Shown: positions 49,186 through 60,965 of the stretch, one piece after another
Layout of the letters: each line of letters begins with the position of its first letter
How positions within the stretch are numbered: position 1 is the first letter of the stretch
Assembly: GCA_024679065.1 (NCBI GenBank)
Contig: JAGIQG010000018.1
Span: 9,486,001 to 9,550,000, forward strand
Origin: Sphyrna mokarran
Lineage: Eukaryota
Reading direction: 5' to 3'
DNA: 64,000 nucleotides
Position numbers and translations under genes: made by a program
Notes under the pieces: generated by a model
Database searches by the model: none
What the model saw: the letters and a program-made list of their open reading frames with translations, nothing else
Told to the model about the DNA's origin: nothing

Positions 49186-52100
49186 GGGTTACCTTCTTTA
49201 AGACTGTGACCCTGGGTTCTGGACATTCCCGATATCGGGAACATCCTTTCTGCATCTAATCTGTTCAGTTCTGTTCAGATTTCTTTGAGATTCTCGCCTC
49301 AATCTTCTCGGTAAGCTTGGCCAATGGCCAACTTCTGATAAATAGATGTTCAGATTCATTTCCTTTTGCCAATCTTTGTGATCAGATTGGTGTGAAATGT
49401 GGAAAAGGGGGCTCTGAAGAACTCCAGTTTCTCCAGGTCTGTCTTTCTTGTGTAAAACCCAGGCTGTGCTGCTTCACTGGCTCTTCATTTCTCCCCTGGG
49501 CTCTGAATGCTTTCTCTGATTGCGTACAACAACAACACCTTGCATTTACACAGCACCTTAACGAATCCTAAATACAAATTTAGGATTTGTTTTTCTTCAA
49601 TGTTCCTGAAGAAAATAATCCCAATGCTTTTCATTATTGGTTTTTGACAAGTTGGAAACACAGAAATATAGAAAATAGAAGCAGGAGTAGGCCATTCGGC
49701 CCTTCGACACTGCCCTGCCTTTCACTATAATTATGGCTGACCATTCAACTCAATAGCCTGATCCCGCCTTCCTCCCTCATAACCTTTGATCTCCTTCGCC
49801 CCAAGAGTTCCTATCTGAAAACATGCTTTGGTTTCAACTGCTTTCTGTAGTAGAGAATTCGACACAGTCACCACTCTTTAGATCTCACCTCAACTTGGGG
49901 CAGCACAGTGGTTAGCACTGCTGCTTCACAGCTCCAGGGACCTGGGTTCGATTCCCGGCTCGGGTCACTGTCTGTGTGGAGTCTGCACTTTCTCCTCACG
50001 TTTGTGCAGGTTTCCTCCGGGTGCTCCGGTTTCCTCCCACAGTCCAAAGATGTGCGGGTTAGGTTGATTGGCCGTGCTAAAAATTGTCCTGAGATGTTTG
50101 GGTTAGTAGAGGGTGAGATTGTGGTCAGTGCAGATTTGATGGACCAAATGACTGTAGATTTCTATGATGCATTGCATTGTTAATGTAAGCCTACTTGTAA
50201 CACTAATAAATAAACTTTAAACGGGTTACCTTATCCTGAGACTACAACCCCTACTTCTGGACATTGGAAACATTTACCCTGCCTTGTCCTGTTAGGATTT
50301 GTACATTTCCATGAAATCTCTCCACTCATTCTTCCAAACTCCAGTGAATATAATTCTAACTGACTCAATCTGTCCTCATATGCCAGTTCTATCATCCAGG
50401 AATCTGTTTGGTAAACCTTCGCTGCACTCCTAGTCCTTGTTCAGATGAGACCAAAACTGCACACAATATTTCAGATGTAGCCTCACCAAGGAGCTGTACA
50501 GTTGCAGCAAGACGTCCTTGCTCCTGTACTCGCATCCTCTTGCTACAACATATTATTTGCCTTTTTTACTGTGTGCTGCATCTGCACACTGGCAGTTATT
50601 TAATGCATTTACCTCCATGAGCCCATGTTTAAGTGATACTTCTTCTCAGCCTCTCTCTCTTTGCCTGAATCAGCCTGGCGATGTGTCAAAGACTGACAGC
50701 AAACCTACCAACTCGGATCCTTCCTCATCCGTTTGCTGCCTTCACAACACCGATGTTTACTGAGCAGCTCTCGGTCATCAGCAGTTCTGCGGGGGTTAGG
50801 TGGGTGATTATTTCCTGCGAAACGAGACAGCGCAGTGACTCAATTTGCGATCCCAGCCAGCCCCGTTCTGAATGGTTGGACTAACACAGTGAGACAAATT
50901 CTTGTGTTACATTCACATGATCAAATCGGTAGCACTGCTGCCTCACAGCGCCAGGGATCCGGGTTTGATTCCCGGCTTGGGTCACTGTCTGTGCAGAGTC
51001 TGCATGTTCTCCCCGTGTCTGCGTGGGTTTTCTCTGGGTGCTGCAGTTTCCTCCCACAATCCAAAGATGTGCAGGTTAGAGAGATTAGCCGTGCTAAATT
51101 GCCCCTTTAGTATCCAAAGATGTCCCAATTAGGTGAATTAACCATGAACAATGTTTTCCTCCCACAAGCTGAGAGAAATGATGGTTAGGTGTACTGGCTG
51201 TACTAAATTCTCCCTCAGTGCACCCGAACAGGCGCTGGAAGGTGGCGACTAGGGGTTTTGCACATGTTAACATAAGCTATTTGTGACACTAATAATAAAT
51301 AAACTTAAACATTATCAACAGGTTCATATAGGGAGAAGCCATATAAAACTGGCATCAGGAAATAAGTCTCCATCAGTTTCACACACTGAATCTTTTGAAA
51401 TGTATAGTTTGCATGAATAGCAATAGATTCGTTTTATTTTTAAAAAAAATGCATGCCTTGTCAGCCATCTTTCCTAACACAGATGTCCTCTGGCAATAGG
51501 CCACAAATACGACAAGAATTCTTAGAAAAACACGATCACTGTTACATTGACTCATAATCAAGATTATTGCACTTAACTAGGCAGCTTGTTATTCTCAGAT
51601 AAACGTGACAATGATAAATAGGCAAAACATTTCTTTGTACAAATACCGTGTGACATGCTTGAACAAAAGAGGGAAAGTGTTTGTACCAAAAATGCCAAGG
51701 ATTTACAATACCACGTTTCTATCCTTTATAACAGAAAGCAGCTGTCCAACAAAGTATTAGAAATGGTGACATGAATATTCCAGGTAGACAACCATTTTAA
51801 AAATAGCTCCGCGCACTGACTTTCTGACAGGTCATTCTTCATGCGGGTATTCTTGATGACTATGTACAGTGGCTTAGAATGAGCACAGTCACTCAGCTCA
51901 TCTCAACCTGAGCTACCCATTTTTAACAGAGCGTAAACTGCTTTACAGAGTCTGTGTTCTGGTAAGTTCTGGCTACCAGAGTGTGTTTATTTCTGCGGCG
52001 TAAAGGAAATGCGTGCGGCCAAGCGGAGCTTCCAGTTCACAGAGGCTTGGTCGAGGAGTAAAGGTGAGGAATGGTGTAAAATAACTTTAGCAGCCAAGAT

Positions 52101-53280
52101 TCAACCAGAGATCTTCCTTGGTGATCCTGAAATCCCTACTTGCTGATGTGGAGGATTCAGATCACTAGGCCGCAGATGATATTGCAAGATAATCTTTCAC
52201 ACTGGTAAGCGGAGGGATTTAGGTTGCTTAAACTCCAACACGATGCAAAGAAAATCTTGAGGTTTCGACCTCATCCCTTATAAACCCTGTCCTGGAAATC
52301 TTTGGGCTTCAGTCAGTTGACTGTGCTCGTTTGTCAAGAATTCGTTCCCGACTTTGAGGCTCTTAAGCATGCTCGTGAGTTTTCATGCCTCCCAGACACC
52401 CAAAGGCCCTGAACTAAAAATGATGCTCGGTTTAGTGCCATAAACATCATCAGGAGGTGGAAAATGAGGCTAGATTTTGAACCATAAAATCCCTACGGTA
52501 CAGATGGAGGCCAATCAGCCCATTGGGTCTGTACTGACCCTCCAAAAGAACATCCTACACAAGCCCACCCCTCCCCCCCACCATATCCCCATAATCCAGT
52601 GCTTTGATCATGGCCAATCCACATAACTTACATGTCTTTGGACACTAAGGGGCAATTTAGCATGGCCAATCCACCTAAGCTACACAGCTTGGGACACTAA
52701 GAGGCAATTTAGCATGGCCAATCCATATAACCCCTATATCTTTGGACTGTGGGAAGAAACCAGAGCACCCGGAGGAAACCCATGCAGACAGGGAGAGAAT
52801 GTGCAGATTCCACTCTGAGAATTACCTGAGGCCAGAATTGAACCCGAGTTCCTGGAGCTATGAAGCCGCAGTGCTGAAGGGAAGCTGATTGAATGGTCAG
52901 ACTGTCTGGGAGTGGCGGTGTTACTGCAGCCGGTTTTAGTGAGAAACAAAATGGAAATAGGAGAAGGTAGGCATGAAAGTTGAGCTACCTGGAGGAGGCC
53001 TCAGTTAAGTTATTATGAAGCCAGATGGTGATGTAGGAACGCAGACAGCAATCTTTTAATTGATTTATTTACAGAATTCCACATTCCAAATGACTGCCTC
53101 CTCCCTCAATATCCCAGAAGCCTCTCTTTATACCCTTTTGGGCTAACTACAAAAAAGCAACCCAACTGCCGAGTGAACCATCCCAGCGAGGGAGTCTGAG
53201 CTGGAGTGGGAACACGCACAAGTTTCTGTTTATACTCCTTTGTGTACACTAATAAAGTAATTTCGTTAACTAATTAACAG

Positions 53281-55200
53281 TCCCTTAAAGGGGCACTGTA
53301 AGGAAAGACAAAACTTTAAAGTAAACTTAACTCATTAAATTAAAATGAAGAGTAATATAGATCATGGGTGGGACTTTACAGGCTTGCTTATCCTGAAACC
53401 GTGAAATCCTGCCTGAGGTCAATGGATCTTCCCAATTTCTACCCCTCGTCTGCTCCAATATCCGTGGCGGGTGAGATGGGAAAACTCCAGCCATAGAGCC
53501 AGAAAAGGCCTTTCGGCCAATCAAATCTGCACTAACAATATCTATCAATAAAAGCGCACTAATTCCATTTTCCTGCACTTGCTCCATACCCTTGAATGTT
53601 ATGATATTTCAAGCGACCATCCAAATTTTTTTTAAATGTTGTAAGGTTTCCGGCTCCTCCTACCTTCCCAGACAGTCTGTTCCAGATTCCTACCACCCTC
53701 TGAGTGGAAAGGTTTTTTTTCTCAAATCCCATCTGAATCTCCTGCCCCTTACACTAAAACTGTACCCTTCATGATTTCATCTATTTTAATCAAACAAAAA
53801 TCAAACAAATAAAGTTTATTTACTTGTGTCACAAGTAGGCTTACATTAACACTGCAATGTTAATTCCCTAGTCGCCACACTCCGGCGACTGTTTGGGTGC
53901 ACTGAGGGGAAAATCTTTGGAGGAAGTCCACACAGACATGGGGAGAAAGTGCTGACTCCACATAGGCAGTCCCCTGAGGCTGGAACTGAACCCGGGTTCC
54001 TGGTACCGTGAAGCACTAGTACTAGCCACTGTGCCACCATATCAAATTAATGGAAGGGAGTGAATGACTCTGTTGGGGCATTTAACAAAAAGGAAAGTCA
54101 GAATTTCGAAAGGAAGCTTACAAAATAAAATCAAAATATCACTCTCAGGGGCGATGATGCATCCCAGCCTCTGTTGTGCCCACTGAGCGCGTAAGGCCAA
54201 GATTTTCTTTTTATTCTTTTTGATAACACAAAAATCAACAAATTAAAATGAGAAGGGGGTGAGTGGTGGGGCACTGTAACAAAATAATTGAACCTGCAGA
54301 GGAAACTTACAAAATCAAATCAAAGTGTCACTCCCAGGAGTGTTGATGCATCTATATTCCTTTTGAGAAGATGATAATTGGTGAATTAAACAAATTAAAT
54401 AAGGTATGATAATCGATAGTCCTTGGTGGGACACTAAAACAAATCGTCAAACAGAAACTTAACAAACTAAATTAAAATGTCATTCCTCGGGATGAGGATA
54501 TAGCACAGCCCCCGGCCCACTGGGTATAACCAATTAACAATAAAATAAAGTGTTGGAAAGAGTGTGACATCCCCTGATGGAGCTTATGCCTTTATTCCTT
54601 TTAAAGTAAAATAAATTTCCAATAAATTAAACGAGTGAGGGGAGGAGGGGGGGGTGGAGGGGGAGGGATGGGGGGAGTTGGTGTTGACAGCCCCTTATAG
54701 ATAGTACAGTGGTTAGCATTGCTGCTTCACATCACCAGAGACCTGGGTTCAATTCCTGGGTCACTGTCTGTGCAGAGTCTGCATGTTCTCCCTGTATCTG
54801 TCTGGGTTTCCTCCGGGTACTCTGGTTTCCTCCTGCAATCCAAAAGACCTGCAAGTTAGGTGGATCGGCCATGCTAAACTCTCCCTCCTTGTACCCGAAC
54901 AGGCGCTGGAGTGTGGCAGCGCAGGGATTTTCACAGTAGCTGCTTTGCCATGTTAATGTAAGCCTATTTGTGACACTAATAAATAAAGTTTCATTTATTC
55001 TCAATAATAAATAAACTAATTACTCTGGAATGAGACAGTCCCTGGTGGGGCACTGTAACTAAGATATCGAAACATCAAAGGGAACTTACAAAATCAAACA
55101 AAAATATAATTCCGGGGGGCATTAATACATCCCAGCCCCTGCAGAGCCCACTATTCACGGAAGGCCAAGTCTCTCTTTATATGTACTCAAGATACATTAT
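53281..55200 (-). mobile_element. Head-to-tail stack of diverged L1/Tx1-like 3' ends with interspersed SINEs
   Basis: Related units at ~53281, 54075, 54265, 54421 and 55041 (ggggcactgtaac...aacttacaaaatcaaa...tgcatcccagcc...aaggccaag). Confidence 0.55.
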
Positions 55201-57084
55201 CAATAAAGGCCCTCTACCTGCGTGTCCTTTATCTTAATAATGTAATTAGCATACCATTAACAGTCTCTGAGCTTTACACAAGTGCTGAAATGGGGGAAGT
55301 AGTGTGTTAGAGAGCAAGCACTCCATGTGGAAAGTCTGAGGTGTGCTGAGATTGACTGGACGGAGGTAGGGGAGGGTGGGTGGGCTTGCCATGTTCACAC
55401 AGATGAGATCTGTGATGCTCAGAGGAATCCTCATAATCCTCTTGATTCCGCAGAGGGAAGGTTAAAACTTAGCTTATTACACTGCCCCCAGAACCCCTAT
55501 CCTTCCTCATTCCGACATGACTTTGGGTGTAGTCAATGGTCTCAAGGATGACTTGACTAATTCACTGCTTCCTTCCTGGATTTCCCCACTGTTGTCCATT
55601 TAAACCAGGTGGGCCACACACTGGGTCTCACTCACATGGCAATTCATAGGCCTGCAAAACCGAGGCATTTTACAATCACTCCTCAGCAGCAGAAATAGGT
55701 AAATTTATCCCACCTGTCAGAAACCGGGCACAGGGAGTTAAAGCGCAAGGAACTGGACAAGGGAGAGTTTATTTCTTGTTTAGTTTTGTTCAGGGGAAGG
55801 ATGGTCATTGTATTCAATATATAGCACCACCGAGATCTACAAATTTTGCATTAAATCATTAAAAATTGCACATAAATTGATAGATTTTAAGTAGCAATTG
55901 TCACTTCTTCCTGTCCTATTGGTACATTTTAAAACACCCATGGGTGGAGAAGTAAGTTGAGTCTGTGCAAACCACAAACATCAACGGTTGGCATCAATTG
56001 TTGGATGGTGACCATTCTGAGACAAGGAAGGATGACCAACTGAGAGGCAATTGGCATCCTGTCATCTCTGCTGGGCACTCTGGGTGTGTGTCGGCGTGGA
56101 TGGCTGCAGAAGTTATGAAAATCTTCACGGTTAAATTCAGAAGAGAGAAAGAATACCTTCAAATTCCCTTTCACATGTTCCTAGCATTGCAAAACACTTT
56201 ACAACAAAAGAAGTACCTTTGAAGGCTAGTCATCATTGTAATGTAGGCATGGGGTGGCACGGTAGCACAGTAGTTAGCACTGCTGCTTCACAGCTCCAGG
56301 GACCTGGGTTCGATTCCCAGCTTGGCTCACTGTCTATGTGCAGTTTACACATTCTCCTCGTGTCTGCGTGGGCTTCCTCCGAAGATGTGGGGATAGGTTG
56401 ACTGGCTATGCTAAAATTGCCCCTAGTACCCTGAGATGCGTAGGTGAGAGGGGTTAGTGGGTAAATATGTAGGGATATAGGGGTAGGGCCTGGGTGGGAT
56501 TGTGGTCGGTACAGACTTGATGGGCCGAATTGCCTCTTTCTGCACTGTAGGATTTCTATGTGGCAGATAACCCGTCAAAGGACTAATAATGCTCAATGCC
56601 GCCAGACCTGCTGACTATTTCTGACTCTTCTCGTTTTTATTTCAGATTTCTAGCATCTTTCTTTCAGGTCAGAACTCGACGTGGCACGTGCAAAATGGAC
56701 ACCTGAGATAAGTTGTGGTGTAGGGTTCCTGGTGGCCATGGCAACCGAAGCTCTGTGCAAATCACCACTGTCAGGAGCAGAGGGAGGAGAAGGGAGACGT
56801 AGGAAAATACACAGTGGAAGTCTTCTGAAATCAGCTGGCATCCTGCAAGTGCCTCACAATACATTCTGAAAATTACCTGTGGGACAGCCATTCGCATATC
56901 CATAAAGACTGTGTACCAAAGGTGGCGGAAGTTCAAAAAAAGGAGCCAGTTCAGTCAGATTTGGTCCGCCTCGCTTTGAAAGCAGTCGGGAAACAAACGA
57001 AAAAGAGAACTTTCTTGGCAGATGTCAGTAGAAAAATAAAATCACCTCTCCTGAAACATTCCTGCTATTTCCAAGAGCCGGTTC

Positions 57085-57222
57085 TTAGAATCTATCCGTG
57101 GAATCGAAGGAGGCTTCGACAGCGACTTCCCCCCGAGATTGCTTGGGCTGGTCCGGTTTGTCGAGGCCAGAGTGCATGATGGGAATATAGATGTCATCCA
57201 TGTTGGGCATCACAAAAACTTT
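57085..57222 (-). CDS. tex2l: TEX2-like (SMP-domain lipid-transfer protein) last coding exon
   Basis: ttgcag|AAA; encodes KVFVMPNMDDIYIPIMHSGLDKPDQPKQSRGEVAVEASFDSTDRF*, matching the TEX2 C-terminal KVFVMPNMDD motif. Orthologue versus paralogue is inferred from synteny only. Confidence 0.88.
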   Translation of the reverse strand, partial: KVFVMPNMDDIYIPIMHSGLDKPDQPKQSRGEVAVEASFDSTDRF

Positions 57223-59176
57223 CTGCAATTGAAAACGATCGCTGGGTTAGGTTTACAGAACACAGACTTTAATTCATGGCACACGCCCATTACCACACAA
57301 CACCATAGTAGAGTATTTCATTCAGTGGAATTTCTTTGGTTCATTATAGTATACGGCTGGGATTTTCCACTCCCCTTGGCTTGGGTAAGTTTGGCACTGG
57401 GGAGGAGGGGGTGGGAATTTTGTGAGAAGGACAAAGTCATGTTTTATGTAGGTGGAAATTAGATGAATCAGAATCCACATAATTGACAATGGGTTTATGG
57501 TCATCAGTGGATTCTTAATTCCAAAAATTTTTTATTGAATTCAATTTTCACCATCTGCCGTGGTGGGATTTGAAGCAGGGTCCACAGAGCGTTAGCTGAG
57601 TTTCTGGATTAATAGTCTAGGAATAATACCACTCTGGCATCACCTTCCCAGTGTAAGTTGCTGCTAGAAGCATGTGGTCCCTCTCTCCCCTTCTCCCTCA
57701 AAGCTTTGATTGGGAAGTCTCAGGGGATTTGATCCAACGTTCAAAGGACCAATTCACAGCAGGTGTTAAAAAGCTTAAGGTCCAGCATCATGTGAGCATT
57801 CTTGTTTCTGTGGCAAGTCTAAAGGAGGGTGAATATCTGTGGGGTAGTGTTTAATTTGGAACAACATAGATAGCTAGCTGTCAAGGTTTATACTGTGTTA
57901 TGTTTACCTCTTGTAATTGGTAAACGTTAAATCTTTTTGTTATATTCTCTTTGTTTTAGAAAATCTTCCTAGTGGGTCACTTGAGTCATACTTGAAGTGG
58001 AACACCTTATGCTCACCCTAATGTCAAAATCAAATGTAGAACTTAGGGACTAGGCTGACGTCACAAAACATTTGGAGTTTCTGGCCTGGGTCTTAACAAG
58101 TGAATCTTGCACTCCGGGTCCCACTACATGTGGGAAATCCTGCCCCATGCACCTAAGATGAGAACCAGTCTGTTCAGTCACATGAAGACTCTGGCTGGAA
58201 TTTTTAAGTTGTTCCCGTCAACCGGCAGAATCTTCTAATCCCTTTGCCGTGTTTCCGAGCAGTGAGATAGATAGAAGAGGATAGGACCCCACAGTGCAGA
58301 AAGAGGCCCTTCGGCCCATTGAGTCTGCACCAAATATAATCCCACCCAGGCCCTACCCCCATATCCCTACATATTATACCCACTAATTCCTCTAGCCTAC
58401 TCATCCCTGGACATTAAGGGGCAATTTCTTAGCCTGGGCAATCAACCTAACCCACACATCTTTGGGCTGTGGGGGGAAACCAGAGTACCCGGAGGACATG
58501 GCGAGAATGTGCAAACTCCACACAGACAGTGACCCTTTTCGGGAATCGAACCCAGCACCCTGGAGCTGTGAAGCAGCAGTGCTAACCACTGTGCTACTGT
58601 GCTACCCAAGTCTAACATCTAAATAGGGAGATGCTGATGACGGGAAAGGCCATTGGCAATGGCAGGATCAGAAGATCCCTCTGTCTACAAATGGTGGCCT
58701 CTACCATTGTGATACCTGCTGCAGAGAGAGTGGAAAATCAACCCCCCCCCACACACCACCCGACAGGTAGAAATCCACAATCCTCAAATCAAGGGACAAC
58801 CTACTACAACTTTCGATATCTTCGTATCAGCAATAGAAAGGGTAAAACTTGAACATCATCATTGGAAGAGCAAAGTTCAGCAGTTAGGAGAAGGTTTATC
58901 TTCTCACTATGGATGGCACACTGACCAAACTGTACCAGAGGCAGGAGAATGAATTTGAAAGGGAAGTAGATAATAACACGGAAGGGAACAGGTAATTAAG
59001 GAGTTTGGAGAAAGAGGAAAGAATTAGAATTAAATCGATTATTTTTTTCAGTGAAATGCCATCAATGTTACGGACTGAATCCAGACTCCTTCTTGCTGCT
59101 AAATTCGAATGACAAAATGACTTCAAACGATTGTTACCATGTCATTTTCCTGAGGTGCTTTGCGAGACTTGCCTAC

Positions 59177-59297
59177 CTGGAACTCGTGCTGCAATTTCTT
59201 CTCGATCCACTCAGTCACATGCGTGAAAGTGACTTCCCGCTCACCCAGCTTGGGTCGCACTTTAAATTCGAGTCGGGGAGGAGTCCGGAAGCTGTAC
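59177..59297 (-). CDS. tex2l: TEX2-like penultimate coding exon (gene continues beyond the window)
   Basis: cattag|G TAC; encodes YSFRTPPRLEFKVRPKLGEREVTFTHVTEWIEKKLQHEFQ; donor gtaggc; phase 0 to the next exon. Confidence 0.9.
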
Positions 59298-60497
59298 CTA
59301 ATGGTGGAAAACACACAGAGTACTCACAGCCTTCTCTCCCACTAGGTTAGCCAGTCTGGTCTGGCATTCTTGGATAGAATGTTACTGCCTCTCCCGCCAC
59401 GGGGGAAATTTTCCATTCCCGCTGGAGTCTTTCAAACGGCTTGCTGCATTTTCCAGCCCCATCCCCACTGTGACGGGGCCATGAGACCGACTTGTTTTAG
59501 GCTATGTTGCCCACACAAAGACTACCTCGATTATTTTTTATAGTGTTCTTTCATTACTAATAAAAGCTATGGAAACATATTTATCCTTCAACAGTGAAGC
59601 ATCCCCCATAACTCACAGACAAATAGCTAATTCTCAAATGCTTACATTTAACTGTAGCTCTTTGACCAAGCTGTATCATTTCTCAGGAAAACACAACTCT
59701 TATTATGAGTGGATTTTTCATTCCCGATCTGTAGGGTAATATTAATTATTCGTCTTCACTGCGTGGTTCAGTATTACCACTGTTCCAATTCCTCGATTGA
59801 AAGGATGGCACCATTTAAAGAGTAAGCAGGTTCACATTTTTCACTGCTGCCTCTCATCACCAGGGACCCAGGTTTGATTCCCAGCTTGGGTTACTGTCTA
59901 AGCAGAGTTTGCACATTCTCCCCTTGCCTGCGTGGGTTTTTACCGGGTACTCCGGTTTCTTCCCACAGTCTGAAAGATGAGCTGGTTAGGTGCATTGGCC
60001 ATGCTAAATTCTCCCTCAGTGTACCTAAAAAGGTGCTGGAGTGTGGCGACTGGGGGATTTTCACAGTAACTTTAAAAAACTTTTAAAAAGTGAAATCAGA
60101 ACTTCACATCGAAACTCACGCCAAAAATTGCAACGTTGTTATTATGCAATAGGGTCCAGACTCATTTTGAGTGGAGGACCAGAGAGAGTTGCATCCAGTT
60201 GACTGATCCTATTATCCACTTGTATATTGTGTCAAAGTGACCAGTCTGTTATATTCTGCTATCTTTATATTACAGAATGGAAACCTGTGCAATGCTTATA
60301 ATGGACCAAAATTTAAAGGACGGGTTAGGAAACAGCAGTAAAAATATACATAGCTCCAGCATTCAGATCTGTAAACACAGTTTGTGGATCTACCTTGTGT
60401 TTAACTTTAAACAGAGATCGTTTTAAGTAACAAGAACAGAAGAAGCTGGAAATAGGTGAGTAGATCCTGACAGCATCTGTCAGGAGAGAAACACAGT

Positions 60498-60965
60498 TTG
60501 ATTTATTATTGTCACATGTATTAATATACAGTGAAAAATATTGTTTCTTGCACACTAAACAGACAAAGCATACCATTCGTAGAGAAGGAGAGATTGCAGA
60601 ATGTACTGTTAAGGGTAGAGAAAGGTCAACTTAATATAAGGTAGGTCCATTCAAAAGTCTGATGGCAATAGGGAAGAAGCTGTTACTGAGTCAGTTGGTA
60701 CGTGACATTTTGTATCTTTTTCCCCGACGGAAGAAGATGGAAGAGGGAATGTCCTGGATGCACGGGGTCCTTAATTATGCTGGCTGCTTTGCCGAGGCAG
60801 CGGGAAGTGTAGACAGAACGGGAGAATAGATGGGAGGCTGGTTTGGGTGACGGATTGGTCTTCGTTCACAACTCTTTGTAGTTTCTTGTGGTCTTGGGCA
60901 GAGCAGGAGCCATCCCAAGCTGTGATACAATCAAAGAGAATGCTTTCTATGATGGATCTGTAAAC
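60498..60965 (-). mobile_element. Rex1/Babar-type LINE 3' fragment inserted into a Penelope-like remnant
   Basis: Encodes YRSIIESILFDCITAWDGSCSAQDHKKLQRVV; tail gtgacaataataaatcaaa; a tail-only copy lies at ~19560-19700 (+). Confidence 0.8.

Noticed and set aside
47500-56000. Expected MSRB1 exons or SECIS element
   Set aside because: I found no MSRB1-like peptide and no convincing AUGA-AA-GA SECIS by eye.
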